Assembly (NCBI GenBank): GCA_951406725.2
Contig: OX597831.1
Coordinates: forward strand, 38,254,001-38,318,000
Source: Octopus vulgaris
Lineage: Eukaryota
Reading direction: 5' to 3'
Length of the DNA: 64,000 nt
Of the stretch, positions 1-14,425 are shown piece by piece. The stretch's first letter is position 1. Each line of letters starts with the position of its first letter. Made by a program: the position numbers and the translations under genes. Under the pieces are notes generated by a model. The model saw only the letters and a program-made list of their open reading frames with translations, did not search any database and was not told the DNA's origin.

Positions 1-125
1 TTTTATTCAGCATATTCTACTCTCAGATTCACACACTTATTGCAGCAGTTCAGATCCCTGTAAAAGAACTCGGAAATTTAGGCATCCAAACAGGCCTTTC
101 GCGACACACTTAAAGCCAGGAACAT
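1..125 (-). mobile_element. mariner/Tc1 transposase C-terminal remnant
   Basis: Minus strand reads KACLDA*ISEFFYRDLNCCNKCVNLRVEYAE*, resembling the mariner C-terminus (..FF..GI..L..RW.KC...G.YVE). Confidence 0.55.
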
Positions 126-1325
126 TTCAGTACCTTTCAAATATATTCATACATATACCTACACGTACATACATATATTTGTGTGTGTGTGTGTGTAGTT
201 TTAGGGGGGATGTGAGTGTTTGTATGATTCTGAGTGTACGTATACCTGAGTGTTATCAGTCAAATGACGTTTAAATTTGTAAGTATATTCTGCCCGATAC
301 AAGTAAATTAATTAAGCTTGCATGCATTAATTATAATTCGATTTTAAGCGACTCTCTTTGAGCTTATATAAAATGATGTATGGAATTATAATTTTCATAC
401 GACAAAATACTACCTTAAAATTGATATGTGTGTACGAGGAAGGGCGTACACGCATGTGCCATCGTCTCTACGATATGTTTGTCGATATAAGTAAATACTT
501 GAGAATACATTTGTTTTTATATGTATATGTTTGTATTTGGGTATGCGTATATATCTATACATTTGCATGCGCCTGCATTTATTCATTCACACATTCTCAC
601 ATACGTCTAAGCCGAATATATTTCTTTGCTAACATTTGATACTAATATATATATTTCATATATATAGTGTTACAATCAAGAATATTGCAATTTATGATAC
701 ACTTCAAATCTGTTAAGTAGCTTTTCAGTTGATTATTGTAGTGTTTATTATACAATTTTCATTTCTTTTCAAATAACTTTTCAAATATGACATGCTTTAA
801 TTTCTTTTCCATGATACGTTTGCAATTGAGTCCCTCCTGACCTTATCTCTCCATCTGTCACCTTTCATGACTTTGTCTCTCTCTCTCCTTCTCTACAAAA
901 CACATCTCACCTTCACCTCTTTACCTGTCTTTTCGTTTTATTCCCTTTATTTTATAACTCTAATACATATTGTACGCTTTATTATATTCTTGATAATGTT
1001 GCTCTATCAATGCTCTTAGTCACAATATTTCTTTCTCTCTCTCTCTCTCTCTTTTTCTCACTATTTCCCTCTTTTTCACTTCCTCATTCTCTCATACGAC
1101 TCACTCATTTACTCCCCCTCATGAGCTCATTCTTCTATCTGTACGATGTTTTTTTCTTTCGTTGAATGCGTGTAGAATGTTCTTTACTCATTGCTTGTCA
1201 TGCTTGAGCACCCCTGCAGCATGCCACATGTTTTCCTCTTCACTCTATACGACGCAAAGCGTGGCTGGACGAATCAATCATCCTGCCAGCCAGCATTTGC
1301 ATTAGCTATCATATGAATAAATATG

Positions 1326-1402
<77 letters not shown>

Positions 1403-2231
1403 ATGTATGTGCGTGTCTGTCTGTGTGTATTATGTGTAGATGGATGCACATATATGAAGCGAACATACATATACACACACACACTTATTCATTGCTATCG
1501 TTAAGCTGATCCCAGACGCTAAATTACGATATTTTCAGCAAATAACGTTAGAACGAGAAAATTGAAACCATTGATTATGTTTTATTAATTTTTGGCAGAT
1601 GTTTTTTTAGAAGATTTTTTTTTCTTTTTCGATGGGGGTTGTTTCTATAGAAATATGGCACAATGTACAAAAATCATCAAGAACAACTAGATGTGCTGTA
1701 AATAAATGGCATTTCTCATTAAAGATACTGTTTATACAAGGAAATGGTATTGCCTAAGAAGCTAGTAATTTTTATCGCAAATGCAAGCATGTGCTTGTAT
1801 ATGATTCTTTTATTGACAGACATATGCGACCCTAGATACACACAAAAATATACTATAATCCCACTTGTATCCGGGGTGCTTTTAAGCAATATTTAATCGA
1901 CTCCCCGACGTCGCTGTTATTTCATTTTATCAGCCTACGTTCTCAGCAAGATTTGTGTTAAATTACTCTCGAAGTTTTGTGTCCTGCCTCCTTTACATTA
2001 GGTTAAAAAAACAACAAATAATAATTAAGTTCAGTTGTTCCACAGCCTGCAAGATATGTTCCTTTGAGCACTGAGTACTGATAAATATATTTACCTCAGT
2101 TTTCTATAGTTTAAAATAATTTGTATTAGAACATTAAAGTACATAACTAACGCACATACACACACTGAGCATGCCAACAAACGCATGAATTTATCATTTT
2201 TATCTCTCATATTCACTACACACGTACACAT

Positions 2232-2294
<63 letters not shown>

Positions 2295-2447
2295 TATATA
2301 TATAAGTAGGTGAATGAATTATCCTATGTTTATCGTCAGCATGGAAAATTCGTTTAACCGAAACCTGGGTAGCAAATTCAAGTCAGAAACACGTGTCGAG
2401 AGTAAAGGAATTTTGTTAACATCTTCGTTCGACTCCATTCTTTAATT

Positions 2448-2498
<51 letters not shown>

Positions 2499-2499
2499 C

Positions 2500-3795
2500 G
2501 AATTGTCAGAAGGAGGCCAGTTGCATTCCCTGTAGAAACAAATTTGTTGGCTGACACAGTTCTCCCAATTGTATGCCCCGCTGTTAAGGCAGCTGCCCAG
2601 CAATTCAAGTATAGGCTTGATATATCGCAACTTGGCAAAAGCCTTTGATAAAAACACAAATGCCAGAAGTTGCGTGATCTGCGCAGAGTCGAAAAACTTA
2701 GAGCGTGGCTATAGCACTTTGTGACCGATATAAATTAGGGTAGCTAATGAGGGTAACTCTAAGGAGAATCAAATAATGAGTAGAGTCCCACAGAGCACTG
2801 CCTTCACATTAGCTCTCTCAGACACGCAATCAGCTGTGCAGATAACCACATTTGCTAGATATGCAAGCAATATAAACGTTGCTCAGAGGATAGAGATCTC
2901 TGGAGATATTGCACAATAGGACCTCGGCACAATATACAGGTGAGCGGAGGATAAAAACACGCAGTTTAATGCTCGAAAATTCTAAACCTACACGAAGCTG
3001 AACGAAATGCAGTTAAGATACACTATCCCAGGAGATCTTTGCAATCCCTGAATTAAAATCAGTACAATACCTGGGCACTTTTCATGAGTAACTTAGCAAT
3101 TAAATTCAGGCGGCTGAACAGATGATTTCTTAAAACTTTCAGAACCAGTGAGCAGGAAACACTGGTTGTTTTCGGGAGATCATTTATCGTCAGGCGTTTA
3201 GACTACTACTCTCAACTCTAGTTACCACTCAGTTTAAAAGTAACAGCGGAAGTCGAGACAATCCAGTGAAGCTACACAAAGATCATCTCGATGTGAAAAA
3301 ATCGACTACAAGGAGAGACTGAAAAAGTTAAGACTTTACTCCTCAGAATAAGGGTGCGAAAGGTATGCAGTGATATACACCTGGAAAATCCTGGAAAGTC
3401 TTGTTCCAAGCTTTAGCATTGAAAGTTACACAAACCACAGAACGGGATGACACTGCATGTTGCCAACGATTCCAAATTGCGATCAGGATACAGGACTAGA
3501 TACTACAACAGCTTGAGTTTGAAGATTACTCAGCTTTTCAATATCCTTCCTAAATACTGACAGACCTAGATGTGGGTGTCTTCAAAACAAAACTGAATTT
3601 CCTTCTGTCAAGAGATCCAGATGAACCTACCTCGGAGGAGGAAATGCAGATGAACGCGGCAAATTCAAACCTCTTCATGCACGAAATGTCACATTGGAGA
3701 GGAAGTTACAAGCAGTGCAAGTGTAGCAAAACTAACGGCGGTGCCCCAGCATGGTCGAGGTTAAGGAGTTGGAATTAGAAAGAAAAGAAAAAAAA
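2500..3795 (+). mobile_element. CR1-type LINE, 5'-truncated and decayed (RT C-terminal half plus 3' tail)
   Basis: Frameshifted peptides LIYRNLAKAFDK, SRVPQS, ERLKKLRLYS, YTWKILE, FNILPKY, VFKTKL..PDEP..AANSN. 3' end GGCGGTGCCCCAGCATGG at 3737-3754 followed by an A-rich tail. Confidence 0.85.
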
Positions 3796-4559
3796 AATAT
3801 ATGTATTTATATATGCAATGTTTGTGTGTGTTTGTGTGTGTGTAGCGATATGTATGCTCAAAGACAAATGGATGCATATTTCATGTCTCATAGTATATAC
3901 AAACATTCAAATTTTCCTGATAAATATCTCTCATGCCTCAGTCCTGAACGCTCTCCTTTGCAATAGTTTTGTTTCTATGGCAACACCTTTAATGATTTAT
4001 TTACATAGTGTGATTGGTGTCCCTCTGCCTTAAGCTAACATACTTTTGGATCTGAATATTTGACAGAAGTAAATAATAAATTCAATTTCTTAAGAAATTT
4101 TTTCAGCATACTAGTTCTTTGAACGAAGGCTGAAACACACAATAGAGACACCTGCAGACAAATTTTGAAGTTTACTTCTTAGACATCGTCAATCTAATTA
4201 AGGATCTTTCCTAATAACCCATAACAAAGGCATCAATTGAATGTGTTCTAAACTGCTTTTATATATAGTTTTCATCAGTGGCGGATAGTGAAACCATAGA
4301 GCAAAGCAAAATTAGCTCGTAAGAAGCAAATTTTAAATTTTGATAGTAGTTAAGTACGAATTCTGGTCAAGCATACTAATTCTAACTATATTTACTTTTG
4401 TAAATTATTGATAATAGTGAAGATAATGCTACTACAACTATTACTACTATAATAAGGACTGCTAACTCGAATAATGACCATAAATATAAAATGCAACACG
4501 TTTCATTTTAAATGGAGAGGAAAAACAGATATGTTCGGTAATAAAATTTCGAAAATAAA

Positions 4560-5480
4560 TAAAGGCGAACCTGAGGTTCTCGAGATACGGAAACAAAACA
4601 AACATACAACCAGAGACGGTGTCCTGCCAAAAAAAAAATAACTCTGAACAAGCAGACCTGTCTCCTAATGTCACTGCCCTAGCGAAAAAAAAGAGCCAAA
4701 AGCGATGTGTTATATGCATTTTACACTGCAAAACTATACCCGGGAAACACAGGGCTAACAAGAGAAACATACCAAATATGGAGAACAAGTAATGTTAGAA
4801 GAGGAAATGTCTCGGAAAATATTCTTGCGAATGTCCGGTGATATATCCAGTGAGAAGGTAAAAGTGCCGCAAACCGAAACAGACAAACTAATAGAAATAA
4901 TCACGGGAGAAATAAAGCAAAATATTTATAACTCAAAACAATGGGTCGCAATCAGTCAAGAACAGCACATCAGACATTATATCTCCGAAAACGCATAAGA
5001 TACCAGAAAAGAAAGAAGAGAATACAATAGAGATAACACTGCAGACAGTGGTCAATTTATTGATAAGTGAGCCAGAATCAACACGAAACTAGATACTGGA
5101 AGAGTAACCCAACTTAATTCCCCAAAACAAAGATACCGTACACCAACAAAATTACTGACCAATAACATGTAGAAGAACATCCTACAAACCTCTAACATCA
5201 GTCATCTATAACCGGCTTATAAAGCTCCTAGAAATCAACAATGTCTTACCAGAAAAAAAAAAATGTTTTGAATAGGGATGTATCACTGTAAGTAGCAATT
5301 TTTGATCTACCGACTAATTATCGAGGATTGAATATGAGACGAAAAACAAACCTGAATATAACTTGGATTGGTTATCAGAAAGCATTCAAAAGTGTTCTAC
5401 ACTCAGGGATACTGGAATTTCTCAACACAGATAAGGTACCACCAACACTGCTAAAATATATTAAACATGCAATCTCTCCA
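4560..5480 (+). mobile_element. R4/Dong-type non-LTR retrotransposon RT fragment (decayed)
   Basis: LIPQNKD..NY*PITC..SYKPLTSVI, NLNITWIGYQKAFKSVLHS (RT domains 1-3 of RLE-type elements). Confidence 0.75.
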
Positions 5481-5574
5481 ACCCCAAAGCGCGTATACAG
5501 TTAATCAGAGTCGGGTGAATTCGTTATTTTTTTCTCTTTACCTGTGTGAGTTGTTGAGTATTGCTGCCTGGGAG

Positions 5575-5772
5575 ATATCTTATGGTAGTAAAATAGTATT
5601 TTAACAGCTATTTCTAAATTTCGGTATGTGCTGAAGCAAATTTTTGCTGAACCTTAGTTATAATTATGTTCATTATTATAGAATCTTTGTACAAGTTTAC
5701 CGATAATTGTTCTTTTAACATACTGAACATCTTGGTAAAATCACTAATTATTAAACGATTAATTTTACCCTT

Positions 5773-5778
<6 letters not shown>
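5575..5778 (+). mobile_element. Penelope-like terminal repeat fragment abutting (TA)n
   Basis: Its reverse complement (GGGTAAAATTAAT..TTCAGTATGT..CACATAC.GAA..TTAGAAATAGC) aligns with 25240-25398. Confidence 0.5.
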
Positions 5779-5819
<41 letters not shown>

Positions 5820-5822
<3 letters not shown>

Positions 5823-6210
5823 TTAGATACCTTAGATTATATTTCGACCAAAGATTGGTCGCGGCCATATCTAACTTAATAGCACCACCAGATAGGATTA
5901 GCTAAATAATTTTAAAGTCATGTTTTATGGTATCATGATCCATTCGGGTTGACAGTTCTTGTTGAGTGAATTGTATCAAGTATAGGTGGCTTATCTAGTA
6001 TTCCTTGAAGAAATTTGCCCAGATTCTGTTTAGATGTTTTCGGATCTTTTTCCTCTTTGATCTGTTTCGGGACAATGTTAATTAGGGCAAAGCCTGTTGA
6101 GGAAAAGAAATTGTGTTGCAGTGTATTTGTGTTGTGATCCTCAATTGGGTAGGGTACGTATGGCCCGTGATCCTATCGTCGGAGGAATTTTTAATCTAAT
6201 GTTGAGAATG
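5820..6210 (-). mobile_element. CR1-type LINE 3' end (second family)
   Basis: Minus peptide TLQHNFFSSTGFALINIVPKQIKEEKD..KQNLGKFLQGILDKPP, the CR1 ORF2 C-terminal pattern, followed by a 3' UTR. Confidence 0.7.
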
Positions 6211-6230
6211 TGTGTGCGTGTGTGTATGTG

Positions 6231-6261
<31 letters not shown>

Positions 6262-6696
6262 CTTTGTCTGTGTCTTTTTCTGTGTGAATAACAGAGTCCT
6301 TGTTATTCTGAACCTCTTACATATTAGAAAATTATTATTTGTAAACCTCACAACGAGAGATATTCAACAACGGTACTTTGGAGTAAACATCGTTTGCCAA
6401 CATAACATGGCAGTCCAGATTTAGGACGAATGTTGCTGTAATTTAGCCTCAGGAGACATCGTCTCCAGCTGGCTATAAAACACGATCTGTGTCCCTTTAC
6501 TCTTACATGTTCTCCCACCTCATTCCCTTTTGTCATCATGCGTGGCTTAGATTCCCAGCAGAACATCGCTCATAATTTTTTCAGACTTAAGATGCATCTT
6601 TTGCAAATACATCTCATTCAGGGTCCTCTTTTTTCAATAAGACCAATCAATATTCAACATGTTATAGAGGAAGTCGTTTTTTCCTGTCGTCTTATA

Positions 6697-7559
6697 ATGA
6701 ATTAAGAAATACATATCATGTTTTTGTTTAAGACCCCTGCGATATTTAGCAACTTATTATCGGATTTCCTTGTAGTGTTCTCCCACGTTTGTGATTTGGT
6801 TCACTTTTTCCAGGTGATTTTAATATTTTTTCCTTCAGAATGCTGTGCTTCTTCTCACCGTTTTCTATTGATTCTTCGAACTTCTCGCAAAGAATAATTT
6901 GAATATCGATGGTGTGAAATTCAAATTAATGCAGCTGAGTTCAGTGTGAGTGTTCTTAGTTTTCAGTGAATCTGTTTGGAAAGCCAGTTTGCAGAAAGTT
7001 CTGCTGTCTCCCACCCTTTCTCTCCTGATCTATTTGTATACCTCTTTAGAACAATAGGACCTCGTTTGACCCTGCCTTTTGTTTGTGAGTTAATTAGTTA
7101 TTCCTCTCAGTGCAGTTATCTTTAAAACCCTCTCACCCGCAATAGGGCAAAACACCGGATGCATTTTGTGAAATCCAAAGATCATCAAAATTTGTAGTTC
7201 AAAAGAAACACCACCTAAACATGTGATCACTTGAAGTTATATCATCACAGTGGCCATAATCTAACCATGTCTTGAAATTAAAACTTGCGAACAACATGTA
7301 GTTGGATGTCTTTGAGAGATATGCTAGTAATTTTTCGTCCTCAGTAATGTAATACAAGGCATGAAGCAGACACATGACGTAGTAATTCACTTGTTCAACT
7401 CTACATCGAATTAGGTAATGCATATTAAGTAATACATATGTTTTCGTTTAACACCCCTGCGATATTTAGCAACTTGTCGGATTGTCTTGTAGTTTTCTTC
7501 TACGTTTGCAATTTGGTTCACTTTTTCCCCACAGGTGATTTTAATATTTTTTTCCTTCA
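6697..7559. repeat. Imperfect ~140-bp direct repeat pair (6697-6838 and 7417-7559)
   Basis: Shared blocks ACCCCTGCGATATTTAGCAACTT and ATTTGGTTCACTTTTTCC..CAGGTGATTTTAATATTTTTT. Confidence 0.85.
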
Positions 7560-8154
7560 TATAAGTTCTGTTATGAGACGATATGTGGAGTTTTTGTGCT
7601 TATCATTTGTAAGGTGAAAAAAAAGCCTATGGAACTTCGGAAATGCAAAAATATGTTTCTTTGCATTTCTTCTCATCTGGCCTCTGGCTCATTTTCCTTC
7701 AGGCAAAACGTGCTTCTAATTTTTACATAGAATTTTCAGGTTTTTTCATTCAGATAGATTTGTTGGGTGCAGTTAAAACCAGAAAAAAAGAGACAAGATT
7801 TTTTATTTATTGTTCATGTTAAACACTGTAAACTTTAGCTTTGCAGCACATGTAACGGTACGATGTTGCTATCTCTATTATATCTAGATGTGCCGTTAGT
7901 GTTATTGCCATTAGAAACATTAGCATTCTAAAGTGCATATATTAGCAGTAATGCTTTTTTTAAAAATTTATGTATGTAAGTATTCCCTGGACCCACCTTT
8001 AAATTTCATAGCTTTCCTTAGGTGAGCAATCTACATTGCCATCATAGTCACGTAGATCGCCCACCATAAAAATTATATGGCATACTATGTCATTTACAAA
8101 GAAGGAAAAAAATAAATTGTCATAGAATCTTTTACATTTGAAAATTTTATTTCG

Positions 8155-8365
8155 TTTCAAATTTTTGGCACAGGGCCAACAAGTTCAGAGAGTATGCAAT
8201 TCAATTGTATCAACGCTTGTACCGAACTGGTACATGTTTTATAGACTCCAAAAAATGGAAGGCAGACTCGACCTCGGCGCAATATGAGCGAAGAATTGAA
8301 AGTCGAGCGCAATGTTGTTAAGTATGTTTAGCCTGGCGTGCTTAACCAGTCGACCAGTTCGCCAC
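8155..8365 (-). mobile_element. SINE-A, old diverged copy
   Basis: Degenerate match to the head, the GTCGA..CCTTC body and the GCCAAAA.TTTGAAA tail of the other copies. Confidence 0.65.
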
Positions 8366-9150
8366 ACTGTTTCAAACTTGTATTAACACTCTTACAGCAT
8401 TTCAAAGACACTCGGTGTTACTTGGATCTTACTGTGTTGCTTGACTAAATTTTAGAAGACTGGCAAACTGGTGTTTTATCCGTATCTAAGTGTGTCTAAT
8501 GTTCAAAATCTTTTTGTTACAGTGACAAGAATGTGATCGGAAAACGATTTAGCTGATATGTCTTGTAGGACATGCGTTCGCAAACAGGTTCTCTCTTTGG
8601 TCCTTATATCTATCAGTACTTAATGTATAGCTGGTGCTTTTATTGTTGTGTATTATGCTTGCCGCTGAAAATTCTTTTGTAGACACAAGAAACAGCTAAT
8701 ATATTTTTATTGTCTATTTCCAGCTTCTTCGTAATTCTTAGAGAATGAAAAGAACTATTTTATTACAGCAATACCCAAGTGACAATAACAAACAAACCGT
8801 TTTTAAGTAACGTAGTTTTATCTAAAAAAAAAATGCCATTCAATAGTTTATTTAGAATTTCTTTATGCTTTCGCATGCCAATAAAAATTTCGCTTTTGCA
8901 AAAGAATTTTTTTTTTTCTACGAGTTTGAAATATAGCGTTTCAAAACATGCATATGGATCCGAGAAAGGAAAACAACAACCATTTATTTTAAAATTTTAC
9001 AAGGATTTCTTTATGCTTGCAGAATTTATGATGATGTTAATAATAATAATAATGATAACGATGAATATTCTTTCAAATATTTTATTTCTATTTCGAAATA
9101 TAAGTTATCATTATCATTATTATTTTTATTTTTATTATTATTATTATTAA

Positions 9151-9345
9151 GGCGGCGAGCTAGCAGAATCGTAAGAACGCTGGGCAAAATTCTTAGCAGT
9201 ATTTCGTCCGCTGCTACGTAGTTAGTTTTGTCTTTCATCCTTTCGGAGTCGATAAATTAATTATCAATCGCGTACTGGGGCTGATCTAGTTGATTGGCCT
9301 TCTCCCACCAAATTTCAGGCCTTGTCACTATAGTAGAATAAAGTA
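9151..9345 (+). mobile_element. SINE-A (tRNA-derived) with tail type 1, in (ATT)n
   Basis: GGCGGCGAGCTAGCAGAATCG head, TTTCATCCTTTCGG.GTCGATAAAT body, tail AAATTTCAGGCCTTGT..TAGTAGAA. Confidence 0.85.
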
Positions 9346-9377
9346 TTATTATTATGATTATGATTATTATTATTATT

Positions 9378-9970
9378 GAGTGAGAGAGAAGTGCATGCCA
9401 TCATAGTAACCCTGGGGTAAAATATACGAAGACTAGTATACCCATCATGACAACCCGTCTGGTAACGGTACACTAGGCACATGCATCACAACCATATGTG
9501 CGCGACATGGTGATCTGATATCAAGATAAACAGCACATGAACTTGCAGTTGTGGCCCTGTTAGAATTTTTTCTGGTCGAGTAGCCCATCCCGTTTAAAAG
9601 GTCCCTGAATAAGGGTTGTTTAAGGATGTTGAACGAGACACCCATGTTTCCAGAGCTGAATTATTCAAACCCCAAAGAATCCCTCTCAACACATGGCTAT
9701 GATGCTTCCCCACTACTTCTGCTCGGGATCAGAGGTGCATATATCGTCAGCCACTAAAGGACATGCCCAACTGGCTCAGGTCAAACAACTGACAAGCAAA
9801 TCTGTGGTATTGAGCAGAATATTTACTGTAGCCCATCTTTTATACCAAGACAAAACAATGTAGATGATAAAACTTCCAATCAGTTAAGATCAGAAGCCAT
9901 GAGAGCCACTGTCTGGTACTGCATGAGAGCCTTTCATGAGATCCACTGACTGGTACTGTATCAGGGCATT
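9378..9970 (-). mobile_element. ~590-bp non-coding repeat in (TAA)n, copy 1
   Basis: Colinear with 43556-44110 and 50287-50872; both flanks are ATT repeats. Confidence 0.9.
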
Positions 9971-10424
9971 TTATTATTTTCTTCTTCTTCTTCTTCTTAT
10001 TATTATTATTATGATTATTATTATTATTATTATAATATTTGGTGCGGGGTACATCGGATGTATAAGCTCTTTTGAAAACATTTCTTTAAACCCGTTCATG
10101 GCTTCTTTTCGGTTTACATTTTATTCCAACTTGTTAATAGAAACACCAGGAACCTGTCACTGTGTTTCTGTTTTTCTTTTTTTCTTTTGGGCCCCTCGCT
10201 GGGATATATTTGCCTACAACCCACGCACCCAAATAAGTTCGGTTGGCGTTTAATCATATATAGTTGAACAAGATGGCGGAACGCATCTTGAAGGAATTAA
10301 GCAAAACACTGTCCCTCCCGCAAGTCTAGTGACTGATGAAGATTTCTCTCCCCTTCCATCCGTTACTGGTACAACAATACAAAAGAGGAGAAAAATGAGG
10401 GAGAAAAGTACGAAGTCCACTGAA

Positions 10425-10563
10425 CAGTAGCAGCAGTGGTAACATCGACAACAGCAGTAGAAGTAGTGACAGCAAGAGCGGCAGCAGTGCCAGCGGCAGC
10501 AGTGCCAGCGGCAGCAGTGCCAGCGGCAGCAGTGCCAGCGGCAGCAGCAACATCAGCAGCATC

Positions 10564-10610
<47 letters not shown>

Positions 10611-10670
10611 CAACAACAACGCGAGAAACTGCATGGAGCAGCAGCAGCGACGGCAAAGACAGTAGTATCA
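10425..10670. repeat. Compound repeat: 15-bp GCAGCAGTGCCAGCG x4 plus (GTA)n
   Basis: Seen directly. Confidence 0.95.
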
Positions 10671-10849
10671 GTTAGCGATTTCGTTAACAATGCTACAGAT
10701 TTTAACGGAAAAAATAATGCCACATTTGAAGGCGGAGTGGATGGAAATAGTGGTGACGTGTTGTAGCGATCACAATGAAAGAAATATTTGCCATCTCACT
10801 CGATGACAAAACACGTGAACTCTCAAAAGCAAAAGACATCATGAAATTT

Positions 10850-12038
10850 GAGTAGGTATGACAGAAATGCTCGTGCCTCACGAAACAAGAGAGGCAAAAG
10901 AAAAGACAGTCTATTTGAAATGCGTATCACACATAAGTAGGAGAACCAAAATAGTCTCCAGCAGTCGCGTTGAGAAGGCCCTCACAAAAAATTAATACAT
11001 GTGGCCCATATACAGAGAGGGAGGCAGTTAGCCAGCATTGAGGTCCTCTTTAAAGGTGAAGATCTCGCGGAAAGACACGCAGTGTTACCCCATTGGACTG
11101 AAGAGTGGGTCCTATATCCTAAGTAACTTTCAAAGAGACGACCAGAATAAGAGTAATGGGCGTGACGCCGGGCATAAACATGTAGTGGATTGTCGCCTGT
11201 GTATTGTAGGTCCCAGAGTCACTCCTGGACGTAAAATGAAGCAGTAGGGAGTTCTGGTTCGGGATCAACTTGGGAATATGTAAAGCCAGAAATATCGAGA
11301 AGACTCCGTACCTCATCCAACTGCCCAACGCTGTGGAACTTCATGTTGTTGTAGAAGTTAGGGAGCCCAAATGCGACATCCGTGGGGCCACAAGTCACCC
11401 GAAAGCCTTCTTCCACAAAAGTTGGAAGGTACGCGGGCACATATAAAGCCTATATCGCATCTCCAATAATATCAACGGCAACATCAGAGACCTTTCAACA
11501 AAACCGCAGCCTTATCCTCAACAACAGTGGTGGCATATGAACCCATAACAACGGAGAAAATCACCCAAGGTATCTGTCAAACTAACACCCTCTGACCCTT
11601 TCCCTCAAGCATACACTCACACATACACTTTCACGATATCGACGACCTCGAGACTGATCCTACAGACATTAGTCCTTCCTCATCCCGCAGTGAAGACAAA
11701 GGAAATAAAAGACAAATCTATAACACCGGAAAACACGGAAACCCCCAGAACATCGAACATAGACACCAGCAATGCCATCCACACAACCACCAACACCTCG
11801 TGTGAATGGGCCTACTCTGAATTTTCGTCTGTTTGCCGGAACAGTTGCGGGAGTGACCAGGATGTGTGGGGTGCCCTGTTTTTTTATTGTTTACACTTTT
11901 CTATTTTAAACCTGATTTGTCTCTTGTTTTGTATTGTCCCTATACCTTTTTAATTACTATTGTTCAGTAGTCTTATTTTTATCACGTATTGTCCCTATAT
12001 CTTTTTACCATCGGCCATTCTAGCCAATTAATAAACAT
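10850..12038 (+). mobile_element. Tx1/L1-type element, decayed ORF1 joined to a 3'-UTR-like segment
   Basis: EVLFKGEDLAERH..EEWVLYP and LHVVVEVREPKCDIRGATSH (degenerate zinc knuckle). Homologous to the ORF1 at 48390-49240. T-rich end with TTGTCCC motifs and AATAAA. Confidence 0.65.
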
Positions 12039-12056
12039 TTCTGCCAGCTCATGGCC

Positions 12057-12111
<55 letters not shown>

Positions 12112-12127
12112 TATTATTATTATTATT

Positions 12128-12300
12128 GACAGAATTATTTTCACATCGGGCAAAATGCTTAGAAGCATTCCTTCCGGGACTTTACATTTTGAGTTCAAAT
12201 ACCGCCGACGTCAACTTTGCCCTTCGTCATCTCAATCAAGTACTAACCCCGACTCCCACTAAAATCGCTGGCTTTGAGCCAAAATTTTGAAAGAATTATT
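12128..12300 (+). mobile_element. SINE-A, diverged, tail type 1'
   Basis: GAGTTCAAAT..GCCGA.GTCAACTTTGCC body; GCTGGCTTTGAGCCAAAATTTTGAAA tail. Confidence 0.75.
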
Positions 12301-13809
12301 GTAACTATTATCCTGTCTATTATAGACACAAGGCCTGAAATTTTAGGGAAGCGAGACTAATCAATTATATTTTTCTTTGTTTCATACAACGGAAAAAGTG
12401 ATCCTGAAAAATTTCACTTTTTTTACACATTTGTCTCTCTTTGGTTGCACTTCTTATTACAATTTTGTTAATGGCGAGTTTTCCAAGTATCCATTCAGTA
12501 GCTAACAATTTGTTCAATTTTAAACAATACTACGTTTTCGCGGATTAAATGCTAGTTAGTAACTTCCATAACATACTGAGACAGAGGATCGGTAGATAAC
12601 CACTTCTGCGCTTTTGTCTACAGGGGTTTACAAAATGAATTCGCTCGTAACACAACCACAGACTACGATTCCCAGTCATTCAAATGAATTGGCTCTAAAA
12701 GGATTAGAGATGTTTTATTCAAAAGCCCTGGAGTCTATCTGATCATGGGTCATCCCAATGAGGTTGTGTCTTCGTTTGATTTACGAAAGAACATCAAGTT
12801 ATAGACTACCTAGTACACAGAGAGACGAAATCATTCCCCCTACCTTTGCCGATCGCCCTAGGCAAGTCAGCAAATCCTGTATGCAATACCACTTGTGATT
12901 AAGCACATACACAATGTAAGCATTTGAACAATCATTTCGCACAGTGGAGAGAATTATTATGCCACAAGGAAGAGAAAATAAACTTTTCAAGCAGTATTCG
13001 TCCTTCCAGACGGCGTGATGTTTCTTCCCCTGTTTATATGCTTCCTTCGACCGCCGAAGACATTCAAGAGGAAGTGCATTCGACTGTTACGCTAGATTTC
13101 GTAAAATGAAACTATATTAAGTATGTCTTTATACTTTCGCTTTAAAATCTTAGAAAGAATGGTTAACTGTGCAATTCATAGAAGTTAGTTTTTCTATCAA
13201 AGTCTCTAACTATCTACAAGGAATGTGTCCTAAGTATTTGTATTGCTTCCATTTTTGTAAAGATCACAGTTTATCTCTAACCTAATTTCATGGACCTTTA
13301 GACCAATCTAAGATTCCTCATGAAATACCAACCATAAACTTATCAAGTTTCATTACGTTTGTTTATACAATTCTATCGTATAACAAATATCTTTTTAGTT
13401 ATCACACACACACACACTCACAAGCGCACACGCACAGGCACAGAAGTAGGTACACACACTGACTCTCTCTAACTCTGTCTCTCCTTCTCTCTATTTCCAC
13501 AGAGTTTTATCTATCTCTGCCTTTCTAGCTCGTTCGTTTTTCGTATCTTTTGTTCTATTTATCCAACGCTCCGCTGCCACTTCACGGGTATTCTGCTAAG
13601 TTGGTGATTTCACATTTTGCTTCTGTTCAATTTATTTAGTGGAATACGTACTTAGCATAATACAACATAGCTGACGCTGTATTATGAGAAGATAATCATG
13701 GCACAAAAGATTTCTCCACAAAAATATTCTCTTTCAATTTGAGCGTTAAATTACCGACATGAATTAGCTTCTCATTTCATTTCTAAAATGAATACATCTA
13801 AATTGATAC

Positions 13810-14425
<616 letters not shown>

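Noticed and set aside
9640-9755. Hammerhead in the 590-bp element (minus strand CUGACGA ... GAAAC)
   Set aside because: The boxes are ~90 nt apart, and no stem I, stem II or UH site can be formed.
10326-10675. Poly-Leu/Thr/Val ORFs resembling signal peptides or mucins (also 12051, 18319-18676, 32851)
   Set aside because: Triplet-repeat artefacts with no splice or domain support.
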